The position numbers and the translations under genes are program-made. Source: Octopus vulgaris (Eukaryota). From it: 64,000 nucleotides of DNA. The notes below the pieces were generated by a model. It saw nothing but the letters and a program-made list of their open reading frames with translations. It was not told where the DNA came from and did not search any database. The DNA lies in NCBI GenBank assembly GCA_951406725.2, contig OX597825.1:1-64000 (forward strand), in the 5' to 3' direction. Positions 42,648-63,573 of this stretch are shown piece after piece; the first letter of the stretch is position 1; each line of letters opens with the position of its first letter.

Positions 42648-42648
42648 G

Positions 42649-42688
<40 letters not shown>

Positions 42689-42716
42689 TATATATGTATA
42701 TGTATATATATATATA

Positions 42717-46888
<4,172 letters not shown>

Positions 46889-47944
46889 GCATCTTTGATT
46901 AAGTTTACTGATGCATTTTATCGAAGGGATATTGGACACAAGATTCTTTCAAGGTAAATTGTCACTTCAGTGAATTTCTGATTTAACAGCTGCACTTTTG
47001 CTGCATCCACCTATGATTGCAGCAACAACTACTACATAAACAAATGCATTATCTGAAAGATAAAATTGTCTGAAGACCAGTTTTTTTTCTATTAACATTT
47101 TTCCTCTTTAATTTCTTTAGGTAAATAGATATTAATGTGAAAATCATACCTTTTTAAAATAGACTGATTGGAATTAAATTTTTAATCAATATTCTACTGA
47201 ATATTGGAAGAATAAGCATAATTTCATATGTATCCCTATGTAAGAGGTGAATTGACAGTCATAAAAGCATTTGACAAAATGTTTCATATTTGTTTTGCTC
47301 TTTTGTAAGTTCAAATCTCAGTGAGGTTAATTTTCTTTCATCCTATCAAGGTCTATAAAAAAATATACTGATCCAGCTTGATGGATTGCAAGAACTGTAA
47401 GAATGCTAGACCAAATGCCTTTGTGGCTTTTAGCCTTTCCTAGAAACCTTTATGAACATAGTGGGGAGTGATTCTATCATTAGTGTATTATCATTAGTCT
47501 TTCTGTATTGTGTAAGTTCTTAATAGAGTTAGTTGTCTCCTCTGGATTTGAAACTGCTCCCTTGCAGTGGGTGTCTTGGAAAATCTTTTCGTTTTGTATC
47601 TCTTACTTAATCCTACAAGAAAATAGTTAACTTAGAAAAATAAATTAATAATAATACAAAACAGTAATTACTGTACTATTAATTATGACCAGACTTTGAG
47701 GGAGAAATATGAGGACTGTGTGGTTCTTGTTTCCAACCTAATTGTCATCATCATCATTGTCTAATGAATCGGGAAATTCAGCATAGCTTTTGTCTAAAGA
47801 GATATTTAGTTTTCTGATTCTCTTTGTTACATATATATTTTTATATAAGCATCTATTTAGTTCATTACATATATACATATCCACATATTTGTACAATAAT
47901 TTGTTTCATATCCACATATTGCTTTAGTTCGTTGCATATATATA

Positions 47945-48288
47945 GACACAGGAGTGGCTGTGTGGTAAGTAACTTGCTCACCAACATCATGGTTCTGGGA
48001 TTGGTCCCACTGCATGGCACTTGGGCAAGTGTCTTCTACTATATCCTTGGGCTGACCAAAGCCTTGGTAGATGGAAACTGAAAGAAGGCCGTCATATATA
48101 TATATATGTGTGTCTGTGTTTGTCCCCCCCACTATCGCTTAATAACTGATGTTGGTGTGTTTATGTCTCCGTAACTTAGCGGTTCAGCAAAAGAGACTGA
48201 TAGAATAAGTTCTGGGGTTGATTTGCTCGACTAAAGGCAGTGCTTCAGCATGGCCGCAGTCAAATGACTGAAACAAATAAAAGAATAA
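47945..48288 (+). mobile_element. tRNA-derived composite SINE with LINE-like 3' end
   Basis: A-box-like gtggctgtgtggtaag and CORE-like ttgggcaagtgtcttc; 3' end ggcagtgcttcagcatggccgcagtcaaatgactgaaac. Confidence 0.75.
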
Positions 48289-48580
48289 AGGGGTTGGACA
48301 AAATAATGCAAACACCTTAGAATTTCAAACAAATTTATTTTAATATTGGGTAGGACCACCTTTGGCAGTAATTACAGCTTGAATTCTACGAAGTATGGAC
48401 TCATACAAAGTTTGAATTGTTTCCACAGGAATTTTTGTCCATTCTTCAGCTAAAACAGTCTCCAGTTCTTGTAGCGATGATGGTGGAGGATATCAATTCC
48501 TTGTTTTTCTAAAATGTACCATAAATGTTCAATAATATTAAGATCTGGGGACTGTGGTGGCCAGATAAGATGTTGAACTT
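48289..48580 (-). mobile_element. Tc1-like transposon right-end remnant
   Basis: Minus strand encodes WPPQSPDLNIIEHLW; terminal sequence ggggttggacaaaataatg. Confidence 0.8.
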
Positions 48581-48598
48581 CACTAGAATATTCTTCGT

Positions 48599-50376
48599 AC
48601 TGAGGTGCAGCAATGTCAAAGGTAGGCTAACTGGGAAGATAGTTTTTGTATGTGGCAAATGCTCTGGAGCATTAACCTCCGAAAATCTGCAGAAAATAAC
48701 TTCCGTCACTTTCCAGGGGGAAAAACTAGAAGTAGTTGATAGCTTCCGTTATCTAGGTGACCAAGTCAGTAGTGGGGGTGGGTGCGCTGAAAGTGTAACT
48801 GCTAGAATAAGAATAGCCTGGGCAAAGTTTAGGGAGCTCTTACCTCTGCTGGTGACTAAAGGCCTCTCGCTCAGAGTAAAAGGCAGACTGTATGATGCGT
48901 GTGTACGAACAGCCATGCTACATGGCAGTGAAACATGGGCCGTGACTGCCGAGGACATGCGTAAGCTCGTGAGGAATGAAGCCAGTATGCTCCGATGGAT
49001 GTGTAATGTCAGTGTACATACTCGACAGAGCGTTAGCACCTTGAGAGAAATGTTGTACCTAAGAGGCATCAGTTGTGATGTGCAAGAGAGACGATTGCGC
49101 TGGTATGGTCATGTGGGGAGAATGGATGAAGATAGGTGTGTGAGAAAGTGCCAATCCTTAGCAGTTGAGGGAACCCGTGGAAGAGGTAGACCCAGGAAAA
49201 CCTGGGACGAGGTGGTGAAGCACGACCTTCGAACTTTAGGCCTCACTGAGGAAATGACCAGTGACCGAGACCTTTGGAAATATTCTGTACGTGAGAAGAC
49301 CAGGCAGGACAAGTGAGCCCAGCCCACTTATGAATGCCTTTCCTCCCTTGGACACAAAGACCTGTTGAGGCAAGCGAAGTCGATATAGAACCTCATCCGA
49401 CGACAGGCACCCATGCCAACCCCTTTGCTTGCGAAGACATGTTGGGGCAAGCGAAATCGAATTGAACCAGCCAGGATCCCTGGTCTGGTGGTACGTAAAA
49501 AGCACTATCCGACTCGTGGCCGATGCCAGCGCCGCCTCCACTGGCTTCCGTGCCGGTGGCACGTAAAATACACCAATCTGACCGTACGACAGGCACCCAT
49601 GCCAACCCCCTTGCTTGCGAAGACATGTTGGGGCAAGCGAAATCGAATTGAACTAGCCAGGATCCCTGGTCTGGTGGTACGTAAAAAGCACTATCCGACT
49701 CGTGGCCGATGCCAGTGCCGCCTCCACTGGCTTCCGTGCCGGTGGCACGTAAAATACACCAATCTGACCGTACGACAGGCACCCATGCCAACCCCCTTGC
49801 TTGCGAAGACATGTTGGGGCAAGCAAAATCGAAATCGAATTGAACCAGCCAGGATCCCTGGTCTGGTGGTACGTAAAAAGCACTATCCGACTCGTGGCCG
49901 ATGCCAGCGCCGCCTCCACTGGCTTCCGTGCCGGTGGCACGTAAAATACACCAATCTGACCGTACGACAGGCACCCATGCCAACCCCCTTGCTTGCGAAG
50001 ACATGTTGGGGCAAGCAAAATCGAAATCGAATTGAACCAGCCAGGATCCCTGGTCTGGTGGTACGTAAAAAGCACTATCCAACTCGTGGCCGATGCCAGC
50101 ACCCCCTCGTTTGGCTTCCGTGCAGGTGGCACATAAAATACACCAATCCGACCGTGGCCGTTGCCAGCCTCGCCTGGCACCTGTGCAGGTGGCACGTAAA
50201 AAGCACCCACTACACTCACGGAGTGGTTGGCGTTAGGAAGGGCATCCAGCTGTAGAAACACTGCCAGATAAGACTGGAGCCTGGTGCAGCCTTCTGGCTT
50301 TCCAGATCCCCGGTCGAACCGTCCAACCCATGCTAGCATGGAGAACGGACGTTAAACGATGATGATGATGATGATG

Positions 50377-50378
<2 letters not shown>
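48599..50378 (+). mobile_element. 5'-truncated RTE LINE whose 3' UTR holds ~4 tandem ~187-193-bp repeats; (GAT)n tail
   Basis: ORF 48525..49316 has FRYLG, HGSETW and RRLRWYGH; cgacaggcacccatgccaaccc is repeated four times between 49400 and 50000. Confidence 0.92.
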
Positions 50379-53222
<2,844 letters not shown>

Positions 53223-53223
53223 G

Positions 53224-53388
<165 letters not shown>

Positions 53389-53400
53389 ATATATATATAT

Positions 53401-53499
<99 letters not shown>

Positions 53500-53520
53500 G
53501 TATATGTATATATATGTATA

Positions 53521-55790
53521 TGTTTGGGTGCTGTAGTTCAGTGTGGTACAGGTTCCAATCTGCTCTCTTCCAATCGAAGGAAGCAGATTGGAGATGGTTC
53601 AGGTGTTTGTTGCCCGCAAGAGCCAGATTGGCGATGATCATAGCATGATCAGAGTCACCTAGAGGTTCCTCCGTAGTGCAATTGATAACCGCTTCAGGAG
53701 TTGTGGTGAAGAGCAGGTCCAAGGTGTTGTCGCCTCTTGTTGGAGAGGTGACTACTTGTGACCAGTTTGAGTCCAGCACAAGCTCAACAAAATCGTTTGC
53801 ACTCTGTGGCCAACGGAAGGTTTCCCAATCGATCTCAGGATGATTGAAATCGCCTGCAATAAACACATAAGTGGCTGTTTTCCTGGCTGCAGCTCGGAGG
53901 ATGTTGCAAAGCTGTGTGTCCTGATGGTAATTTGGGGGACGATAAACAACGCCAAGCAGGAGTGTTGACATGGTCATACGTACGTCACAGAAAAAAACTT
54001 CTTCTTGTGATTCGTTCAAATCGGCACAAGGAATTACCAAAAAATTTGAACGAACGTAGACCATCACACCACCACCACGGCGGTTAGTGCGGTCCTTACG
54101 GAAGAGGTTGTACCCCGTGATGTTGAAAACCCCATCACAGAGTAAGGAATGCGCCCATGTTTCCGTGACAGTGATGAAGTCAGGGTCAAAACTTCTGACG
54201 TAGGCGTTGAACAAATGTATTTTGTTGCATAAACTGCGAGCATTTAAGGACAACAATTTGTACCCTGCTCGCAGTTTATGATGGTGTGTGGAGGATGGCA
54301 GATTGTCCTGGCTTAGTTTCTCTGAGTTGCTGTAGTCTTTTTAGTTATTGTGGGTAGAGAGCACTCAGACCAGCTGGTATCTCTCTTCCACATTTCATCA
54401 GTCTTGACAAATCTCCAGATTTGTCCATCTTCCCGAAGACTGAAGCTTTCCTGTAGAGCTGAGTTCCTATTCAGGGAAGCCGCTACACGTAGCTTCGGAC
54501 GTAGATCGGACGGTAAGCCTGGGCGTGTTCGGAAGGTGGTCCGATTTTCACGCCCAGCTTTAACTGAGGCCAGATGGTAAGAGGTTGCCTCAGTGTGGTC
54601 CGAAAAAGACAGCTTGATGAGCCTAGGTTTTGGGCCAGGTCGTCCAAGGCGGATAGCACCCGTTGGGGGAACGCAGCCTAGGTCTTTGGCTGAGTTGGCA
54701 GCAAATGCCTGAAGATCAGCCATGTCTTCAGGCACCCCAATGGCAATGACTTCATGGGTAGCATAATCCGCGGTCTTAGATGCGACAAGAGGTACAGGTA
54801 GAGGGAGGTTCTTTAGCAGAGCATTCCGATAAGACCCCTCATTGTGGAGTCCAACCTGAATGGTTGCTTTTATTCCTGCTACTTCCCCTCTTAAAGCACA
54901 GATCGATTGTTGCAGTTCTACAAGAACCGCACTGGTCAATTGGTGTTGTTGTTGTTGCTGCTCTGGTTGTGGTTGATTTTGTTGTTGCTGCTGTTGTTGT
55001 TGATGTTGTTGTTGCTGCTGCTCTGGTTGTGGTTGATTTTGTTGTTGCTGCTGTTGTTGTTGTTGCTGCTGCTGCTGCTGCTCTAGTTGTGGTTGATTTT
55101 GTTGTTGCTGCTGTTGCTGTTCCGCCTCCTCCACGGGAGTGAAAGGGGGAGACACAATCGTCGGTTGTGGAGGCACGCAGGCCTGACACTGAAAAGTCCA
55201 AGATTTAAGCTGAACCATCTTCCAGAGTCTATCCATCATAGCATTATGATGGCTCTTTTTTTGGCCTGGGATCTTCTGAAAGTCCGTGGCACATTGGAGG
55301 CAGACAGAGATGAGGCATGTCCCATATTCGACCCAGCGATTACGGAACGTATTTTCGGGTTCCGTACAGATGTGGCAGGTGTGATTTTCTGGGCAGTGTT
55401 CTATTTTGGAGCAGCGACCAGTCTTATCGCACGCCGCTATGGATTCCACCATGGCGATTCTGTTGCTTCTGGTCATCCGTAGAGACAGAAAATGTAAACA
55501 ACAATACGATAAAAGTAAAATATAAGATATTTGTTTTTAATTCGTTCTTTTTTTGTGTATATTCCTTTTGTTCTTAAATATTGCGTGTGTATATACAAAT
55601 GTTTCGTTCTTTTTTGTGTATATTCCTTTTTTTCTTAAATATTGCGTGTGTATATATAAAAGGATTTGTGCGTATGTTTAGTGTAGACACGGAGAAAGTT
55701 TGTAAACAGAAATGAAATCAGTGATTTTTTGATTTCTTTTGCAGTGTAGTCCGTCACATTAAATAGTGTGACTTATTTTCACTCTGCACG
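53521..55790 (-). mobile_element. 5' portion of a CR1-like LINE: ORF1 (PHD-like finger, polyQ, coiled coil) and ORF2 endonuclease, cut off by (TA)n
   Basis: ORF1 54313..55476 has CHIC..CLQC..FQCQAC, Q-runs and RLGRPGPKPRLIKLSF; ORF2 has LNARSL, VTETW, RRGGGV, YRPP, GDFN and SDH. Confidence 0.88.
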
Positions 55791-56139
55791 TATATATATG
55801 TGTGCTACAAGTATCTATGTATGTATGTATGTCACTGCTTTATAAATTTTGGACGTACTTACTGTCGTTCAACGTTTTCTTTTACCCTCAACTACACGTG
55901 GTGAATTCTTCCATTGTAGATCTGTGGTGGTCATCGTCGTAATATTTTCTCTTTAGTTTCCTCGCCAAATTGATTATACCCTAATCAAACCATTTGTTTG
56001 TCTACATGTGAATGTGTCTTTGTTTTAGTAACATTGTATTTTCCTCCTTTTCCTTTTTCCTTCCCATATTATATGGAACTTCGGTGGACAGCTACTCTAA
56101 GACTCCAGCTGCCAGGTCGCCATATTCCTTGACCATGGG

Positions 56140-56290
56140 TTATTTTACTTTTTAGCTCAGGAATGTATTTATCGAGTATTAGATTGCTTAAGTTACATAG
56201 GTCTGATTTATTTAGGCATATTAGTCTTACTTTAGTATTGTTAAGGAAATTAGGTTTATGGTCTTTTATAGTGATATATACTTGACAACA
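56140..56290 (-). pseudogene. Penelope-like RT fragment
   Basis: YITIKDHKPNFLNNTKVRLICLNKSDLCNLSNLILDK overlaps in homology with PTKSDISRLSKTILDK of the 23-24.7 kb PLE. Confidence 0.7.
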
Positions 56291-57089
56291 GAAAGTAATG
56301 GAATAACAATATCCTTTTACCATTGTTGCTTTAGCACACATCGGGCAGAATGCCAATAAAATCTTTTAGTTGATGAAACTTCCAAAAGCAACAGTTTTTT
56401 TCATGTGAATAAACAATTTAAAGAAGAAAAAAAATTTGTAACAGATGGGATTGATTAGTAAACAATATGAAATGTCGGAGTCAACAGTTGTAACGATAAA
56501 AATTTGTTGTTATAACGCTAGGTTGTAGGATGTAAATGATGGACAGTACATGAAGTTTTAAGAAAGTATTTATTCACTGTTTCATTGAAAATACCTTGCC
56601 TTATCAGGCAGATTATAAAATCCGAGAGCATGTGAAAGAAAGTTAGATGTGGTGGAATTTTTTTTGTATAGTTTTGTGTACATGTTAATAGTAATCCACA
56701 GACGGCGATAGAATGATGTTGTAAGAGAACAGAATTAGAGCTAGTGAAAGTTGTAGGGTCATAGGACATTGTCTCACAGTTGCTGACAGTAAATTTCATT
56801 TCTTTGTCTGACTATTGTCTTTAGTAGCTGCCTTGCATATGATCATGATTCTAGTAGTTCGTTCCCTAACTGATTGAGTTGTCCCGAGCCAACTCATTCA
56901 GTTGTCACCAAGTGATTACTTGGTTGCGGGTTCTTGTTTTTATAACTATCCAGAAGGTTAGACATATCATTGAGAATAATGGGCTTCATTGGTGGTACTG
57001 TAATATCTCTATTCTAGCTTTTGGTGAAGTAGAAGAGGTTATAATGGTCAAATGGTGAAGACATTATTTTGGCCTGGCTAAAGGCATCT

Positions 57090-57850
57090 GGCATATGTAA
57101 AATTGCTGTCACTGAAAAAACTATTGTTCCACCATGAGAAAAATTCTGTTGAACTGTTAATTCAAATTTGGCTATGGTGGATCGAATCCATTGCATGCCT
57201 GCAAGATTCACTACAGATTGATAGAAAAAACACAGAACACAAAGTAATTCCAAGCACAAGTGCAATCCAAAGTTTCTCGCTGGTCTCAAAGTCTCCATTG
57301 AAGCCAACCCATCCACATTCATGAAAACTCTTGCAAAGAAATGCAATGTGTCCCTTTCCATGGTTTCCAGAGCTGTGAATAGGAATCTTGGCATGACCAG
57401 CTATATTCAATGATGCTGTCACCTCCTAACAGCCAAAGTCAAAACAATCAAAGCCAAGAACTGATCAAAGTTTGTCATTCATCAGGCATCGAGGTGCAGG
57501 GAAAACTCTCATGTTTGTGAACGAGAAGAAGTTCACTGTGTATGCTGAGATGAAATGTAGAAACACTTCTCATGTCACCCTTGTGTTTGAGACTAAGAAT
57601 CCTGCCTCTGTGATGGTATTTGGAACTGTGGTGACTGATGTGTCATGGACCCACACTTCATTGAGTCTGGCTTGAAGATCAACACAAAGGAGTATCCAGA
57701 CATCCCGAAGAACTCTCCGTTACCTTGAATGGAGCAGAAGTATGGGCTTGACAATGTGGTGCTTATCCAGGATTCTGCACCATGCCATGGGTCGAAAGCA
57801 ACACAGACCTTCCTTAGTGAGAAGGTGCCATTTTTTGTGAGAGCCAACAT
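57090..57850 (+). pseudogene. Degraded Tc1/mariner-superfamily transposase (maT/DD37D-like)
   Basis: Fragments FVNEKKFTV, PASVMVFG, GLKINTKEY and IQDSAPCHGSKATQTFL across frames. Confidence 0.7.
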
Positions 57851-57859
57851 ATGTATTTC

Positions 57860-58082
57860 TTTACTGCCCACAAGGGGCTAAACATAGAGGGGACAAACAA
57901 GGACAGACAAAGGGATTAAGTTGATTACATCGACCCCAGTGCGAAACTGATACTTTATTTATTGAGCCCGAAAGGATGAAAGGCAAAGTCGACCTCAGTG
58001 GAATTTGAACTCAGAACATAATGACACACGAAATACCACTAAGCATTTTGCCCGGCACGCTAACGTTTCTGCCAGCTTGCCA
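57860..58082 (-). mobile_element. tRNA-derived SINE (family of 63574)
   Basis: Reverse complement of gagttcaaattcc..gaggtcgactttgcctttcatcctttcggg. Confidence 0.8.
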
Positions 58083-61000
58083 ACATATGGTGCAGTAATA
58101 CCCCAAATCTCAACCTTCTCGATTACTTTTTATGGGGCATACTTCAAACAACGATCAATGCTTCACCACACTCGAGTGACAATAGTTTGAAAACCTGCAT
58201 CGTGTGCAACACACAATATCAAAAAAAGTAGGTTGCAGCAGCTGCAAAAAATTCTGTTCATGTGTGGAGGCAGAAATTGTCCAAAAGGGCAACCATATTG
58301 AGTGATAAATGTTTTTGTTGTAATAAATGTTACACTAAAATTATATCTGTCTACTGCCTTTATTTCAGTATTTATAACCAGTTTTATGCATAGTAAAAAT
58401 TGTCCTAATTTATCTACAAGATCCTGTATACATACATACATATACACACACACACAAACACAGTGTGATGAAGGAAAAGGACAACAGAAAAAGAAACAAA
58501 TGGGAGAAAGAAATACAAAAGGCCTTACTTGTTGACCTCGGTGAAATGAGCAGTCACTCTCACGAAATAAATATGTCTTGTCTCTCTGCCATCTCTGCTC
58601 GAACTGACCACACGTGCTTCCTGCCCATGCATGCCCTCTTCCTGTGTCACAGGCCCCTGCAGTTCTTACTTCCGTCTACCTCATCTGCAATCCCCTCCAC
58701 CAACACCACATAGCTCCATCACAGCCCATAACACCACAATACATAAATAAATATATATATAACTGTGCACACATAGTTTACACTGGGTTCAATATAAGGA
58801 ATTTCAATCTAATCTTTTTCTACATATCGAGTAAGGTCATTTTTCTGAAAGTAGTACAGTTTAGAAGTTTAGTCTGAAACTAGAAGTTTAGTCTGAAGTT
58901 CTTGATTCTAGGTTTTGCTTCCACACCTGGAATTTCTTCCCAAATGCAACAAATTCACCTATAAGAACGAAGTCATTTGAATGCAGGAGTTATAATAGAG
59001 AGCTAGTCAAACCCTTCTGTTATGGCCCAAAGGACTAAGATAAATTCAAGGGGACTGCAAACTGAAACTTGATGGATCCCTATCGACACACTAAATATAT
59101 TACTGTTAAGGCCTGGAAGACTATGATACTTAGCAGAGGACTGCTAACTCTCACATTGGTGACTGCACCTTTGCACCTGGCTTGTATAGCCATCACAAGC
59201 CATTTGTCAGTGACTAACTTTGTCAGCAACTACCACATCCCAGAGCAAAGCACCTAGTCAAAAACCTTTATCAGGTTTATGAATCTTTTCTACTTTCTGC
59301 CATAGGCACAAAGCCTGAAATTTTGGGGAAGAGGACAAGTCAGTTATATTGACTCAAGTACTTGATTGGCACTTATTTTATTGAAGCTGAAAGGATGAAA
59401 GGCAAAGTGGATCTCACTGGAATTTGAACTCAGAATGCATGAGACAAGAGAAATACCACAAAGCATTGTTTCCAAAGTTCACCATCTTTTACAGATCTAT
59501 GAATGCTAGGTAGAATGGTTCACTTTTAACAAAGTATTTCTCTTGCAGTCATCTCACTAGGAAGGTAACATAAGTAATACTTCTTTCTAACACAAAGTCA
59601 AACTGTATTTCATCATCATCATCATCATCATTGTTTAACGTCTACTTTCCATGGTTTGCATGGGTTGGACGAATGACTGAGGGCTGGCGAACCAGATGGC
59701 TGCACCAGGCTCCAATCTTGATCTGGCAGAGTTTCTACAGCTGGATGCCCTTCCTAACGTCAACCACTCCGAGAGTCTAGTGGGTGCTTTTTACGTGTCA
59801 CCGGCACGGGGGCCAGTCAGGCGGTATTGGCAATGACCTTGCTTGAATCTTTTTACACATGACACCAGCACAGGTGCCAGTAAGATGACGCTGGTAACAA
59901 TCGCACTCGAATGGTGCCCTTTTATGTGTCACCGGCACAGAAGCAAGTTAGCCGCTCTGGCAACGATCATGCTCGGACGGTGCTCTTGGCACCCTACTAG
60001 CATGGGCACAAGTGCCAGTAAGGCAACGCTGGTAATAATAATAACACTCAGGGGTTTCATTCCATTCACTGAAAACAGAATAATCATAAAACACACACAC
60101 AAATAAATTGAAATAAGTAAAAAAAAGCCATTTCATTTAGGTTAATTGTAAACTTAATCAACTGAGATAAGATTTAGTCTGAAATTTTCAGAACATAGCC
60201 CAACAATTTCATGCCTCTGTAATTTCCTCATTGCAAAGCATTCCATTTGTGCTTGTAGCAGCGTATAATGATGCTGCTATGGCAATCATTAGGTCTGACA
60301 CCTTCATGCAATACTTGATTGACTATGCAAGTGACAAGGGAATACCATATCCGAGCATGATCATTGCCAGAGCAGCTATCTGGCCTCCATGCCGGTGGCA
60401 CGTAAAAGACACCATTTGAACGTGATCATTACCAACGTTGTCTTACTGGCACCTGATGATGATGATGATGATTTATATATTACACAAAAATTATTTATCA
60501 TGGAAAAATAGTAAGGCATATAGTGCATGCGTTGCATACTTAGACCCTTCGCCCCTGATATAAATATATATATATATAGATTAAAGACAGGTATTCTCAG
60601 TATAGAATACACTTTGCAGTGCTCAAGAGATTTGAACTTGAGCAGGTAGAGGAGTCACGTAAAAAGCACCAACCGATCGTGGCCGTTACCAGCCTTGCCT
60701 GGCCCCTGTGCTGGTGGCACATAAAAAGCACCCACTACACTCATGGAGTGGTTGGTGTTAGGAAGGGCATCCAGCTGTAGAAACACCAGCATGGAAAACG
60801 GACGTTAAACGATGATGATGATGATTAAATACAAAAAAATATACAAATGTATACATATAAAATAAGTCTGACTTACAAAGAATGGAAATGATATGAAGAA
60901 TTAGGGGGTTGAGTAGGAGTTTTACGAGTCCAACAGCTGTTTCGGGGGGGGGGGGTGCTTGGTGATCCCAAATAATGCATGTAACTTGATTCCATCATTG

Positions 61001-61108
61001 GATACCACCAGACTCTGTCTTCAGAGAAGAATTTTACATTTGACATGTTGACACAATGGAGATTAAAGATTATATACAATATATATAAGGAGGTTGTTCT
61101 TTCTTAGG

Positions 61109-61757
61109 CATCATCATCATCATTTAACGTCCGCTTTCCATGCTAGCATGGGTTGGACGATTTTGACTGAGAGCTGGCGAACCAGACAGCTGTACCAGGC
61201 TCCAATCTTGATCTGGCAGAGTTTCTACAGCTGGATGCCCTTCCTAACGCCAACGACTCTGAGAGTGTAGTGGGTGCTTTTACATGCCACCAGCACGAGG
61301 GCCAGTCAGGCAGTACTGACAACAGCCACGCCCAAATGGTGTTTTTTTTTACGTGCCACCTGCATACTGGCACAAGTGCCAGTAAGGCAATGCTGGTAAC
61401 GATCATACTCGAATGGTGGTTTTTATGTGCCACCAGCATGAATGCCAGTATGCGCTCTGGTAACGATCACACTCGGATGGTCCTCTTAGTGCTCCACCAG
61501 CATGGATGCCAGTCATCGAATTTGATTTTGATTTCACTTGCCTCAACAGGTTTTTGCAAGCAGTGTCCAATGAAGGGAAGGTATGCATAAGTGGGCTGGT
61601 TACACCCCTGGCATAGGCCACAAGGTTATGGCCTCACTTGGCTTGCCGGGTCTTCTCAAGCACAGCATATTTCCAAAAGTCTCGGTCGCTAGTCATTGCC
61701 TCGGTGAAGCCTAATGTTCGAAGGTCATATATATTTATATACAAGTCTGTGTGGAAA
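61109..61757 (-). mobile_element. RTE 3'-end insertion with 19-bp target-site duplication
   Basis: gaggttgttctttcttagg at 61090-61108 and 61758-61776. Confidence 0.85.
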
Positions 61758-63573
61758 GAGGTTGTTCTTTCTTAGGGATATTTATCCAAGCATACACTGG
61801 TTTAACTGTATATCAATTAACAGTATAAGAAATCCCACATGTGCACATGTACTAGTTCTTCTTCGATATTAGTACCTTACACTTTTGAAATTCCAGTTGT
61901 CGCTGTAGATGTTTCCATCTTTTCGATAGAGGAGAAAGATTTTAACAATACAAAGAATGCAAACACAGAATAACCAATATATTTATTATAACAGTCATTT
62001 CATGTTGCCAATACATGTTTTGGTTCATCACTTAAATCCATATTTATGCAACTAAATTGCATTATGAATTTGAAAAGCAAAAACATTGACCATGGCAATA
62101 ATTGACTGTTATCAAGGTAAAAATTAACTGTTTTTTCTTCTTTTTTTTAAATAACAGCAAATTTTTACCTTGATACCTGGCAGGACAAGTGAGACCATAA
62201 CCCATGGCCTTTACCTGGGATGTAGCCAGTCCACTTATGTATACCTTTCCTTCTTGGGACACAAAATTCTGCTTGCGAAGACCTGCTGAGGCAAGTGAAA
62301 TCGAAATCGATCAAAAAATCAATGGAAATTGTAGTTGTGATACCAGTGCCGGTGGCATGTGAAAAGAACCGTCTGAACATGGCCGTTGCCAGCGCCGCCT
62401 TGACTGGCCTCCGTACCAGTGGCACGTAAAAAGCACCAACCGATCGTGGCCGTTGCCAGCGTCCTCTGGCACCTGTGCCGGTGGCATGTAAAAAGCACCC
62501 ACTACACTCACGGAGTGGTTGGCATTAGGAAGAGCATCCAGCTGTAGAAACACTGCCAGATCAGACTGGAGCCTGGTGCAGCCTCCTGGTTTCCCAGACC
62601 CTGGTCGAACCATCCAACCCATGCTAGCATGGAAAACAGACGTTAAACGATGATGATAACAGTCAAATTTTGCTTTTTCAAATTCATAATGCAACTTAAT
62701 TACATAAATATGGATTTAAGTGATAAACCAAAACACACACAACTTGAATTGACTATTGTAATAAATATATTATTATTCTGTGTATGCATTCTCCATTTTC
62801 TTTGTATTGTTATATATATATACATATATATATCATGTATATATGTATGAAGGTATGATGCTTGTATGCAGGCATGGCTGTATGGTTAAAAAGCTTGCAT
62901 TCTACCTGTGGTGTTATGGGCTGTGATGAAGCTATGTGGTGTTAGTGGGGGGGATTGCAGATGAGGTGGATGGAAGTAAGGACAGCAGGGGCCTGTGACA
63001 CAGCCACAGGGCATGCGTGGGAAGGAAGCATGTGTGGCCAGTTCGAGCAGAGACGGCAGCGAGACAAGACGTGTTTAATTTGTGAGAGTGACTGCTCATT
63101 CCGCCGAGGTCAACAAGTAAGGCCTTTTGTATTTCTTTCTCCCATTTGTTTCTTTTTCTGTTGTCCTTTTCCTCCATCACACTACACTACCCATGTGGCG
63201 TCAGCTTTTTGCTGGTGTTGCGTAACTAGCACCTGTGCTGGTGGCACATAAAAAGTACCTTTCAGCCATTGGATCTCATGGAGGCAATAACAAACGAATG
63301 AGACATTTGGTAATATGTTGTGCTTGAAAAAGACCCATGAAGCCAAGTGAAACCGTTGTTGTGATAGATACTGGTGTCACACAACTGGCAGCCTCGCTGG
63401 TAGCATGTAAAAGCATCCATTACACCCTTGGAGTGGTTGGCATTAGGAAGGCTATCTAGCCATAGAAACCACACCAAATCAGACTGGAGTCTGGTGCAGC
63501 CAATCAGCTTACCAGCCCTGCTCAAAGCATCCAGCCTATGCTATCATGAACAACAGATGCTAAATGATGATCA

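Noticed and set aside
58465-63180. Two similar 82-aa ORFs (MMKEKDNRKRNKWEKE...) as a duplicated gene or a CCDC124 exon
   Set aside because: They are dispersed copies of a retroelement-like 3' fragment in opposite orientations, upstream of the gene and without CCDC124 similarity.
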